From: Licmophora abbreviata
Taxonomy: Eukaryota
Direction: 5' to 3'
Length of the DNA: 33,451 bases
NCBI GenBank assembly: GCA_900291995.1
Contig: OLMU01000258.1
Coordinates: forward strand, 1-33,451
In this document: piece after piece, positions 1 through 10,522 of the stretch
How the letters are laid out: every line of letters begins with the position of its first letter
Position numbering within the stretch: position 1 is the stretch's first letter
Position numbers and translations under genes: made by a program
Notes under the pieces: model-generated
Told to the model about the DNA's origin: nothing
Seen by the model: only the letters and a program-made list of their open reading frames with translations
Database searches by the model: none

Positions 1-245
1 TTGCTCACAAGACTGAATAAGTATTTCTATCCATTTTTACTTAAAGAATGACATCATTCAGCCTAAGCCCCTCAGGAGGTGCAGAAATTTTGGAACGCTG
101 GAGTCTTGTGAGGTTGGGCCACATCGCATTGGTGTCGACATTGCACTGCATTGATTGCACTGCCTCTACTACGATAGAGAGCAGGAAACGCAAGAGCATC
201 CCACACAGTCTGCGGAAGTCGTTTCGCATTGCTTTGGTCGTTACA

Positions 246-2362
246 ATGTCCGAACCTTTCGATGAGCTCATGGGCCCTCCCCCGTCCAAAAAGTCAGCGC
301 CTGCTGGCCCCTCTCCTACAGCTGCTGTGACAAGGAGTTCATCGTCTCTTTCGAGCGGCGCCGCACCTCCCTCCAACGCCTTTGTGCACACCAAGTCGGC
401 CGACCGCTGGGCACAGTACGAACGCGATGGAGATCAGCTCCAGAGAGACTCGGCACAAGCAAACGCCAATGCTGTACTGGCGGCTGCAGAACGTGCCGCA
501 GATCGGGAGCCTGTCGCCATGCCGTCGAAGCCTTACTACGACGATCCTGAAGAAGAATTTCAAGATCGTCTCCAGTCAGGAGGGGCGTCGCTCGATCCAC
601 CGGAGCGTCGTGCTCCCGCTCGACGTGCAGCCAAAGCAGGCATGTTCAGCAACATGCTCAACAAGTCGTCTCGAGCCATCTCTTCTTCAAGTAACAGGTA
701 CGAAGAGGAAACGATCAATTACAGCGATTCTCACGATCGTGTACGGGCCGAAGCGATGAAGGTACTGAAAATGGCCAACAGCAGCGATTCGCATGATGAA
801 GGACCCGGTCGCATTCGTCGTACTGCCACCGGCGGCTACACTACCGAGGAGCGAAGCAACGGGCCTCGTCGCAGGCCTGCAGCCCTGGCCGGACTCGACC
901 TTTCGGCGGCCAGCAATCGTCCATCTCGCGTAAGCCACAGCCGTTTCACTATTGACGACCACGACTTGGACGAGGAGGAGGATGACATGGTTGACATCAT
1001 CAATATGGAGAGCCGGGCCTCCTTACCTACGGACCCAAATACCGGTGGTTACACGGATGACACGGATGCTATGGCGGGTACGACGCGATCGTCCACATGG
1101 AGTTCTCGATACTCCATGGACACTCATTTGCGAGCCTTGAATGGAATGACTAACAGTGAAATGCTAGCGCGTATGGAACAAGACCAGGAACGCAACCACG
1201 TTAGTGCACGCAACATGTTTAGTACTTCGCCGCATGAAAGCACTCTTCGCAGCCCCACTAAGATTTTTGGAAGCGGATTTACCTTTCGCAAGAAGCACGT
1301 CTTTGACCCAGCTTCGCCACCGTCTGATTTCAACTTGCAGAGCCACAAGACGGTATGGACGGATGGAATCGGAACGGACTGGTCGCCCGACAGCGGAGGC
1401 TCTCCTCACTTTCCTCCGCAAATGCCGAGTCCGTCGCATCATTGGCAAGAAGGTTTGGCCCGCAAACGGAGGTACCGTCGTCGTGCTTGTCTCTTGGCGT
1501 GTCTTGCCATTCTAGCAGTCATCATTACAGCGGCTGTGATCGGGACCAAGTCTGGTGGAGGCGGTACTTCCGCCAGTGTGGCGCCTGTCTACCCCGAAGG
1601 TAGTTCCACCTTTTATGTGACTGCCGATGTGCCATTCAGTCTTGAAGAGGAAAAGAAGATGAACTTGGACTTGGTCTCCTTGCCCGACACGGGTGATTTT
1701 GTCGTCCATCTCGGAAACATTCAGCAAGCGGCGGTCACCATGTGCCCGCCTACGATTTACCACGATGTCGGTGTCGTCCTCCGCACAAGCAACTTACCCA
1801 TGTTTTTGGTTCCTGGTGAGGATGACTGGAACAATTGTCCCAATCCGACCCGTGCTCTGACGGAGTGGAAGGAAGAGTATGTCCCTTTTGAGCGACACTG
1901 GCGTCACCCTTACAATGTCGATCGTATGTTGGGTCAAGAGGAGAACTTTAGTTTTGTCAGTAAGGGCGTCCTGTTTGTCGGGCTGCACTTGGTGGCCGGT
2001 CGCATCGACGATCCTGATCAGTGGACCTTCGTCACGCCAAGAATGCCCGATGGCTGGCAGATCAGCTTCATTTATTCAACCAGAAAGGCTTCCGTGCGGT
2101 CGTCTTGTTTGGAAACGCCCGTCCCAGCTATCACCAGAGAGAATTCTTTGCTGACGCCGTTGCAACGATTGAAAAAATTGGCAAGCCTGCACTCTACGTT
2201 CACTCCAGCTCCGGTGACGGTAGTGAAACCAATGTGTACCAACCATTCAGCAAGTTGAATAATTTCATGGCTGCCGAGATCAGCGATGGTGGCAAAACGC
2301 GGCCGCTACTAATCAATGTCGGATTCGGAAGGAAGCCATTCACCATCGGCGAAGAGCCGTGA
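246..2362 (+). CDS. Type II membrane protein with a long disordered N-terminus, one TM helix and a C-terminal calcineurin-like (metallophosphoesterase-fold) domain; apparent 1-nt frameshift at ~2023
   Basis: ATG at 246 (MSEPFDELM) in ORF 48..2258. A polybasic RKRRYRRR stretch precedes the hydrophobic ACLLACLAILAVIITAAVIG. Motifs FYVTADVPF, FVVHLGNI, LVPGEDDWNNC and ENFSFV follow. The domain continues in another frame (ORF 2021..2362: LRHAKNARWL...VVLFGNA...LYVH). Confidence 0.75.
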
Positions 2363-2785
2363 GCTCCCGCACTCGCTCAAGAGTTGGGCTGTCACTTTGG
2401 TTCGAGTAGAAATTTGTGTCACGGTCTTCATGTAAGTCTACTGTAGTTGGATGGAGATAAATAAGTTAACGACTAATTTTATCCATCACGACGAGTTGTT
2501 GTTGGGATTGTTGGTTCCCCAGCTTCTTTTGTCGTGCATACTTATTCGTGCCGTATAACATACCGGTAAATGGTCTAGTCGGCGCTCGTCAATATGCAAC
2601 AGTAGCTATGCTAGCATGAAGGACGGTAGATGTACACAGTCGCTTACTCTATCGCTTCGCTATCAAGAGTTCTATCATAAACACAGCAACATTGTCAAGA
2701 CGCAGTTTTACAGTTTAATTCCGTTAAGCGTTTTAGTCTCTACTGTTATCGTATGTATGAAAGGCTTCCTTTCGTTGCTAGTTTA

Positions 2786-3196
2786 CTACTGGGCGTGATG
2801 AGTGAACTCAATGCGGCAGCCGGAGGGCTCGAAAACCATAGCGTGGGTAAGAGGGGTTCCCTTGAGCGGATTGGGAGCGAAGTCACTCTTGACGCCTTCG
2901 ATGGACATGACGGCGTCGTAAACAGTCTGTAGAGCCTCAAGGGAAGAGACTTTGATTGCGAGGTGGTGAAGTCCGACATTATTGCGGCGGTCAAAGGGAG
3001 TAGCATCAGCATCAGTCTGCCAGAGCGTCACCAAGGAGTTTCCATCGGAAATAAAGATAGAAGGGTAGCTGTCGTCTCCCCCAACCTTCTTAAAACCTGT
3101 CGCTTCGAAGAACTTAAGTGATGCATTCAAATCACTGACAGCAAGTCCAGCATGGGAGATTCCTGAGGTCAGCTGCGTAGTCGTTTCGGCAGTCAT
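2786..3196 (-). CDS. VOC (glyoxalase/bleomycin resistance/dioxygenase) superfamily protein, intronless
   Basis: 136-aa ORF with GISHAGLAVSDLNASLKFF, GLHHLAIKV and FEPSGCRIEF, the typical VOC beta-alpha-beta-beta-beta motifs with His/His/Glu ligands. Confidence 0.9.
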   Translation of the reverse strand: MTAETTTQLTSGISHAGLAVSDLNASLKFFEATGFKKVGGDDSYPSIFISDGNSLVTLWQTDADATPFDRRNNVGLHHLAIKVSSLEALQTVYDAVMSIEGVKSDFAPNPLKGTPLTHAMVFEPSGCRIEFTHHAQ

Positions 3197-3750
3197 GATG
3201 ATGAGATGATGGCAAGAAGGAAATAAGTGTGCGTGATGCGTGGGGATGTATTGGACGTTTTATGTTCGCTTTTGAACCTTCGAGTCAACTTTCACGAGTC
3301 TTTCGTATGTGTTCCTGGCTTGTGACAACCGTTCGACGAAGATCCAACAAAGAATGCTTGTGCAGCAACAGGATCATGCTTGTGCAGTTTTTCATCTTAT
3401 GCATCGAACATTTTTTTCAACATCTCTCGCATCTCGCGTCGCCATCACATCCGCGGTCTTGATTGATTCGATTCATTCCATTCATCGTCTTGATTCGACT
3501 CGATCGACTATAAGTCAATTTTTGCTTTAAGTGATGATGTTTCTGATGTCTCATGTGACACAGAAAGCAGACACGCAAACTCAAAATCGACACAGGCGTT
3601 TTTGCGCTCGTGGTGACCATGATGATGAAGCGATGAGCTTTTCTCATCACGAGAACCACGAGAAATATCCGCAAGCAACGCATTCTAATTCGCAACTATC
3701 TTTTGATCGACGTCTGTTTTTATCCTTTATCTACGAAGCTAGCGTGAAGC

Positions 3751-5292
3751 ATGGATTTCCTTCACAAGGATCCTGCTTCGGGTTCCATCGGGTCGTTCCT
3801 GCTGGCGGCTGTCTCTGTCCTTTGCGTCGTGATGCTCCTCCTTGCAGAGTCTCTATTCCGAGGGTGGCTATACTGTCGGAACAGCCGATCTAGCTTCAAA
3901 GGACTCCCACCAGCTCTTCCTCTCTCACTACTCGGAAAAGCTATTGGATCCTGGTCGAATCCGCCTACGATTCAAGGATGCTTCGATGCGGCAGAACTGT
4001 GGTTTAGCAACCGAAAGGATCGAACTTGGTCACTAGAACTTTTCCCGGGTCTCTGTTTACGCCGTTTTGTCTTGGTTGCCAACGAAGAGCTGCTCACGCA
4101 CATTCTAGTTTCAAAGAACTCGCGCTACACTAAACACCATGCTCACGGCATCTTGGAGCGTTTTCGGATGACGACGCTGCCGTCAAGTGGCGTTGACGCT
4201 TGGAAGGAAGTCCATCGATTGATTTCCAAATTTGGAAGAGGCCTTCCGCAGCTGCAGGCAGTGCTGACACCCTTGTTGGACGACTGGATCGAGAACAGTT
4301 TCGGTAAACAGTGTCAGAATGGCCACTCGACTTCCAATGCAGTGTCAGACACCGCTGCAACACTTCGAAAGTTTTATTGGAAGGTGGTCATGATTATGGT
4401 TCTCGGCGACTCAGCCGACGAGGCTGCGGAAGAGTATGGAGACGCGTGGACGACATGCATGGCTCGCTTGGATTCGCCCACCGCGTTTCTCTTTTGGTGG
4501 GCACAGTACATTCCCACACGACTGAACATTCGCTACGCAACGCAAACTAGGTGTCTACGCCGGAGAGTACGACAGGCAGTTGACAATGCCTGGGATGATT
4601 CGTCTCCATCAACGGGCCCCCGGGAATGGTCCTTCCTTGGCATGTTGCATAGTGAACCGATAACCTCGTCGCATTGTCTCTCACGCGAGGACGCGACCGA
4701 GGTCCTATTGGAAGTGTTGTTCACAGGTGCCTCCAGCGTCACGACAACTCTGTTGTGGCTCCTATGGCATCTTGCGACCCATCCCGAAGCGCAGACACGG
4801 GTACTCGAGGAGCTACAGACTTCGAACCACCAAGACATTCTCTCCGCTGGTTCGTCTCTCAAGTTGCCGTTCCTAGATGCGTGCATTCGCGAAACGCTTC
4901 GTCTGTACTCTCCGATTCATGTCGGACGGAGTTGCATTCAAGACGATGAGTTTCAGGGTATCGATATACCCAAAGGCACCGATGTTGCCTCCAACATGTG
5001 GTTCATTCATCGCGACTCAGCCCATTGGGAAGATCCTCACGAGTTTCGTCCGGTACGATTTCTGGGAAAGCCGACGAATCTGCCGTACTACCATCCTTTC
5101 AGCATGGGTCTAAGGGGCTGTCCAGGTCGTGCCATCGCATTTTCCATGATCAAATACGTTGTTGCACGTGTCATAGTGCGCTTTGAATTGTCTCCTGCTC
5201 CCGGATTGCCGACGCCTCAATTTGATGGCTCTGTGGTGCTCAGCAACACACCGACCGGTGTTTACTTGAAATCTAACAGGAGGAGCCTCTAG
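3751..5292 (+). CDS. Cytochrome P450, intronless, with N-terminal membrane anchor
   Basis: 513 aa. N-terminal TM segment and Pro-rich hinge, K-helix ExxR (ETLR), PERF-like FRPVRF, heme motif FSMGLRGCPG. Confidence 0.95.
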   Translation: MDFLHKDPASGSIGSFLLAAVSVLCVVMLLLAESLFRGWLYCRNSRSSFKGLPPALPLSLLGKAIGSWSNPPTIQGCFDAAELWFSNRKDRTWSLELFPGLCLRRFVLVANEELLTHILVSKNSRYTKHHAHGILERFRMTTLPSSGVDAWKEVHRLISKFGRGLPQLQAVLTPLLDDWIENSFGKQCQNGHSTSNAVSDTAATLRKFYWKVVMIMVLGDSADEAAEEYGDAWTTCMARLDSPTAFLFWWAQYIPTRLNIRYATQTRCLRRRVRQAVDNAWDDSSPSTGPREWSFLGMLHSEPITSSHCLSREDATEVLLEVLFTGASSVTTTLLWLLWHLATHPEAQTRVLEELQTSNHQDILSAGSSLKLPFLDACIRETLRLYSPIHVGRSCIQDDEFQGIDIPKGTDVASNMWFIHRDSAHWEDPHEFRPVRFLGKPTNLPYYHPFSMGLRGCPGRAIAFSMIKYVVARVIVRFELSPAPGLPTPQFDGSVVLSNTPTGVYLKSNRRSL

Positions 5293-5430
5293 AGGATTGA
5301 TTGTTCCTTTTAAAAGACTATGTAAATGTACACCATGCTGGTAGAGGGCTGCCATCTCGATGGCATACTGTAGAGCTACAGCTCATGGATCGACATTATC
5401 AGACATACTCGCAACGGCGCCACGGTTCAT

Positions 5431-5926
5431 TCATGTTCTTGACTGAAAGAACGATTCGATACTCGTTTTCAGATCATAGCTATGCGATTCCAATAGCGCA
5501 ATACAGATATCGTCGTCGGCTCCGGTCACGCTCTTCATCTTTACCAGAACGGCTCGTTCCAGCTGGTCCTGGTTACCTGATTCGGTCGTGGCTACATCCT
5601 TTTCTCGATCTTCCTTCTTTTTCAGTATTTTTCGTTCTGTTGAAGTATAGTAATGACAAAAATGAACGTGAGAAGCGAAAGTTTAACCATTCAAGCGCTG
5701 TTGAAGAAGTCATCGAGTCGTGTCGAGTATATCTACACCGTTGTTTACCTAGGGCAAAATCGTAGACCGGCGGGATTGTCACATTGACAGCGCTGCGGCA
5801 TTCCTTCGGCAGGGATATTGGTGGAACTCCCCCTCCAGACATATTTGGGCTCTTCAAGGTGATAGAGCAACCAGCCAAATTGGGATAGTGGAGCGTTTCG
5901 TCCGAAGGGCTCGGCATCATGGTCAT
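5431..5926 (-). CDS. 127-aa two-exon protein with a UMA-like (UBAP1/MVB12-associated) N-terminal region and a C-terminal UBA-like domain; exons 5926-5749 and 5636-5431
   Basis: A GT..AG intron at 5748-5637 (112 nt; CTAG|GTAAAC ... TTCAACAG|AA) gives a 384-nt frame: ...PPVYDFALERKILKKKEDREKD...QLERAVLVKMKSVTGADDDICIALLESHSYDLKTSIESFFQSRT*. Confidence 0.75.
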
Positions 5927-6154
5927 GTGCACAAAAAAGAAGTGTGAAAAAAATCGGACTGGGTTTTTAGAAAGCGCGGAGCTCCATACCTCGTGAGTCG
6001 AATCATTCAAACTTCGTTTCCCGCCACGGAAGTTTGTCGCCCGCTGAAACTCCACACACAACAAGAACAATTCCGTGCAGGAAACACAGCGGCGGCTTCG
6101 TTGACAAGGATGACCAATCGTCGGCCCCGCCCATGACCCAGAAACGCTAGTGAT

Positions 6155-6352
6155 ATGGGCTGCACAGGATCTAAGGAAGAGCCATGTGGAGCAGATAGCT
6201 ACGGTGCTAGAGATAGTATGTATGTGATGAAGAAAAAGGCAAAAGAAATAAAAGAAGAGACGGGATCGTCCGTTAGATACAAACCGCGAGAGGAGTTTGT
6301 GCCGTCGACAGATAAGGATCTGACAGGTCAGTCGAGCGAATCAGAAAAGTAG
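6155..6352 (+). CDS. Small (65 aa) putative N-myristoylated/palmitoylated protein
   Basis: Starts MGCTGSK (Gly2, Cys3, Ser6, Lys7 consensus) and has a charged, protein-like body. It lies divergent from the 5926 gene. Confidence 0.6.
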   Translation: MGCTGSKEEPCGADSYGARDSMYVMKKKAKEIKEETGSSVRYKPREEFVPSTDKDLTGQSSESEK

Positions 6353-7321
6353 AGTCGAATGCATGGGATATTTTATGGGCGTGAACACAACGACGTTTCG
6401 AAGAGAAGGCACTGAGTCGGTCATCGTAATTGCACATGCATGGCACTCAATTTAGGAAGCCTGCGCGATCCAAGAAGCAAGATGGATTCACATGAACTAG
6501 AAAACTACATCATCCTAACAAAACCTTCTATCCAAAAGATGCCAACTTGATTCTTATTGGCAAGAAACGATTCTCGTTTGTGTTGGTGCTTCAAGTTATA
6601 CATACACCCGGTGCTGACGATGATTCCGTTCAGCAGAGCGGACTTTGCTCATGGCGGACAACAGTCCCTCCGGGGACTTGGTTGATGGAAACCCACTATC
6701 GGAGATGTAACTTGCTATTTCAGTATGAGATCATAGCCAAATTGAAGGCAATGGTTTCGGATGAGCCTCCGACTTTCACCAAGGTCTCGCTGCATAGGCA
6801 AGTAGGTTCGTAGGTGTTTGTTTTCTCTGGGTGCGCCTTCCAATAGACGCTCCGTCCACTGCTTTACAATTCTTGTAAGCTACAAGCTTGGAAGGCATGT
6901 ACTCGTAGGCGTCGCTGAGTTTCCCTTCGTAGACAACGCATGTACCAGGTATGATACTCTCACTTTCTCTTTCGTTTGGAATCGCCATAGCTTGGCGGAA
7001 GTCCTATCGTCAACCGTGTGGGTGTGTTGAGTATGATACAGAAAACCCGGAGGTGAGGTAGAAAATATCACGTAGATTCTACGCGGCGTGCGAACGCGGG
7101 AAAGAGGCAGGAAGTTGAAAATGGCGACGCAAGACAACACGCGGTGCCGTCGCTGTAATTCTCTTTCGCGGCGACGCCGACCTTGATGCCTACTTGAAAC
7201 TGTTCATTGCATCATAGTTCAGACAGAAGCTGGACGTATTTGTCGTTGGTGGGATCACTCTGGATTTTGCGAAGGCAATACAGTTTCCAGCCCCCTAGTG
7301 TCACAGTAATATTATTGGACT

Positions 7322-10300
7322 ATGGCGACGGGTTCAATTCGATCTACACGTCCCGCCAGTGATTGTCCGTCGAGGATAAATCAAGATAGGCAAGTTATTA
7401 GGGAAGAAACAGCACCGTCTTCCGACCTTGGATTTCAATATCATGCTCCCCGTGTACCCCCGACACCATCATTGAGCTTCTATCGAGGTCCGAGCCTGCC
7501 GCTAGTGTATGTTGGGGTGTCACTTTCCCGTTCTCCGACAGTCGAAACTAGATTGTCTGTATTCGAGTTGGGAAGAGACTTTCTCGTCGTTGGTGAGATA
7601 TCCAATAAGGCACAGACATCATCTGCATGGGTAACTGCGACGACGCCGTCGCCCTGGACTCTCTACTACAGCGGAAGATCCCTGCCTGACTTCCAGCGGT
7701 CGTTTCGAAAGTATACCTTACACTCGACCCCGATCCTACAGATTATCCCTGGCGATGTGATAATCTCCATAAATGGCCAGCCTGTGTCGACGTTTGGCGG
7801 GCGGAAGCATGTCGAACAATTCTTGAACGAGTCGACTGAGCTCCGTATCGTGGCGGTCCGTCATGAAGCTATCAAACGGGAGGTAGAGCGCATCCTATGT
7901 TGCTCGGGGCGCGGCACCACTGTAGCGGATTTGGAAGCTCGAGTAGCTAGCGCGGCCTATCGCGAGCTATCTTCCATGCTTCATCTACTGCCTGTCCCAG
8001 CTGGATACCTCGATCAGGGACGACTCCCGCATCATCTTCCTGACAAGAAACCTACGCCGACGTTGACTCGAATGGTGACACCGGAGAAGGCGATCGATGG
8101 CACGTGTTTGCCGCCACACAGTGTACTGGTAAACAAGCGAACACTGGATGAGATGTCGTTACTGAAGACACCAGAACCGAAGCGAGCTAGAAGTGAGTCT
8201 CCGGCGAAACTCTCGACGGCAAGCCCGCCGAACGAGCTTCCCTCCATTCTTGACTCCTTTCCAGAGTGGCTGGCCGTACGCAAGCAGTCTTGGCGAACAA
8301 AGCGGTACAAGACAGGACCGTTGGTCTATTTAGCAATGGCGCTTCACCGAAATCGTGCTGTCTCGCCATCTTGGGGGTTCGTCATATCCCTGTTTGAACG
8401 ATCTTGGCTGGGAGTTGGGTCCGTCAGCATCGAGCGCAACCCGCCGTGGATACTCGCTACCGACACTCTGCCGCCCCCGAGGATTGTGCGAGCTCAAACA
8501 GAACGTGAGCTCCAGTTGGCGTTTCAAAGTCTTCCTGTATCGGAACGAAAAAGCACGACGCGAGGCATAGTACCAGGAGACATTATCTTAGCAATCAATG
8601 GAAAGCCAGTCTCATCGTTTGGGGGTATGTCTGGAGTTGCCGGCTATCTGAAGGAGTCCAGCAGTCTTCACCTCCTGATTGTACGAGACGATCATGCTCG
8701 ACAACGGGTCGGTGCTGAAATTACTCAGAGAATGCAGGGTTGGAAAAGTCGAGCTCACGATCTTGCAGAGAGGAGTCATTGCCTTCTTATTCGGAGGCTA
8801 AAGACAGACTCTGCGCTAGTCAAGCTGCGAAGCGAGCTACTAGTGAACTCCCATCATTGGCCTTTGAAGATGCCACCTGGCCAGTTGTACGGCTCGGAAG
8901 CGATGTCATCGCGGAAAGTTTCTGGTATTTTGGATCAAGCCAGTCACTGGTATAGGGGGCCTAGTGCCAGCCGGCGAACATACGCCACGAAGTCAATTAC
9001 TGTGTTGAGGAACCCACTTTTTCGAGGTCCGAACGGGACGCAGATTCCGTACGACGATGACTCCGATATAAGTCCCTATGAAAGTATGTTCAGTGCTGAG
9101 GATACGGTAAGTGCGCAGTGAGAGTTGCGATGCCTAACCAAGTTTGGATCGTCTAACTCCATCGAATCTTCCTTGTGGTTGTTTTCAGGTCTTGGTTCCA
9201 ATTTCAACGGCATTGTTCATAGATTGGATAAGAGACCGCAAGAAGACGTGGCGCGCAAAGTGGAGAGGTCACAATCTAGTGCACGATACGGACGGGGCCG
9301 ATTTCTCCGATCCAGAGGACGAGCATTGGGATGTGCCAGCAGGCTGCGAGTTTTGGACTCACCGCGGCTTTCCCAGCTTCCCGCACTGGCTTGCAGCTTC
9401 AACCAAAAAATGGAAGCGCTCTTTCACATGGAACAGAGAGAAGATGCGTCAGATCGAAAAGGCATGTGAAGAAGTCGTAACATTTCCTTCCCTTGGCGGT
9501 GTGCGTCCTGCACTGAAATTGCAGCGATGGCTTCGAGTGCGGAAGAGTCAATGGCGACTCCAGAGGCGAAAGCGTCGTAGGCGCAGTATCGAAGAAGACG
9601 CATTCCAGCAGGAAGATGCAGCCTCCGAGGATGTCTGTTCTGGAAATAGTCGGCGACCAGAGCTTCGCTCCTTAACGGATCTGAAGAGCGAGAGTGCTCT
9701 GGGTGATATGATTGTAATTGATGCCTTACTTGAAGAGCAAGAGAGGCGAAACCAGGAAGAACAGAGGAGCGAGCCTTTCGATATCTCCTTTGTCTTTGAT
9801 GCCCGTCGTGGAGCACCGGATGATGTCATCGCGTACTGCCTGTCCTTCTTGCCGCGATCTGAGCATGGAAAGTTACTATGCGTGAGCACCGCTACACATA
9901 CATCGCTGCGACAGCGAGGTAGTGTCTGGCGTCAGTTGTGCCCTTCACATTGGATACTGCCGCGTAGACCGAGGAAGCCATGGCATGAGCTATATATAAC
10001 GAGGATCCGACAGGAAGAAACTGTCGCACGGAAACGAAGCGATGATTTGATAGGAAAAGTATGCGGCATCCTTTGGAAAGGCGATCACCTGAACAAGATC
10101 GAGAAACTGGTGAATGATGCCCAGGCGAAGTTTAGCTTCGATGTCAACTACATGTCAGGGGTTATCTGCGAGAGAAATTCGATTCTGAATCTTGCTGTCA
10201 TCAACGGACGGCCCAAAACAGCACGATGGCTTGTTGACGAGAAGGCGGCAGACGTAGAAACGAGTGATAGAGGGAACTTTACACCCTTAATCAATGCGGC

Positions 10301-10484
10301 GTGGGCAGGTGATCGTCAACTTGTGCGCTTCTTCCTCAGTCACGGCAGCGATCGAACCAAAATAGGAACTGGTCACTACACGGAACCTTTGGCTTCGCCT
10401 GATTTTGAGGGTCTGACCGCGGAGGGATGGGCGGAAAAGAAAGGGCATTATGAACTAGCGGAACTTATTCGTCTAGGACTGTAA
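7322..10484 (+). CDS. ~1026-aa protein: two PDZ-like domains, W/R-rich repeats, F-box-like motif and C-terminal ankyrin repeats; exons 7322-9106 and 9189-10484
   Basis: A phase-0 intron at 9107-9188 (ACG|GTAAGT ... TTTTCAG|GTC) joins ORFs 7322 and 9144 in frame. PDZ signatures IIPGDVIISINGQPV and IVPGDIILAINGKPV; F-box-like APDDVIAYCLSFL...CVS...VWRQLC; ankyrin motifs SILNLAVING and FTPLINAAWAGD. Confidence 0.8.
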
Positions 10485-10522
10485 ACATATAAACAAGAAC
10501 TTATAACGACTTTACGTGGCCC

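Noticed and set aside
48..245. Upstream in-frame extension of the first ORF
   Set aside because: It reads like UTR or promoter sequence. ATG 246 in an ACAATG context begins the compositionally coherent protein.
3455..3510. GATT/CATT-rich tract as a satellite or CRISPR-like repeat
   Set aside because: It is short and imperfect, with no repeat-spacer structure, so it is treated as low-complexity promoter sequence.
5573..6070. 165-aa unspliced minus-strand ORF
   Set aside because: It is read-through into the intron. The spliced model gives recognisable domains on both sides of the junction.
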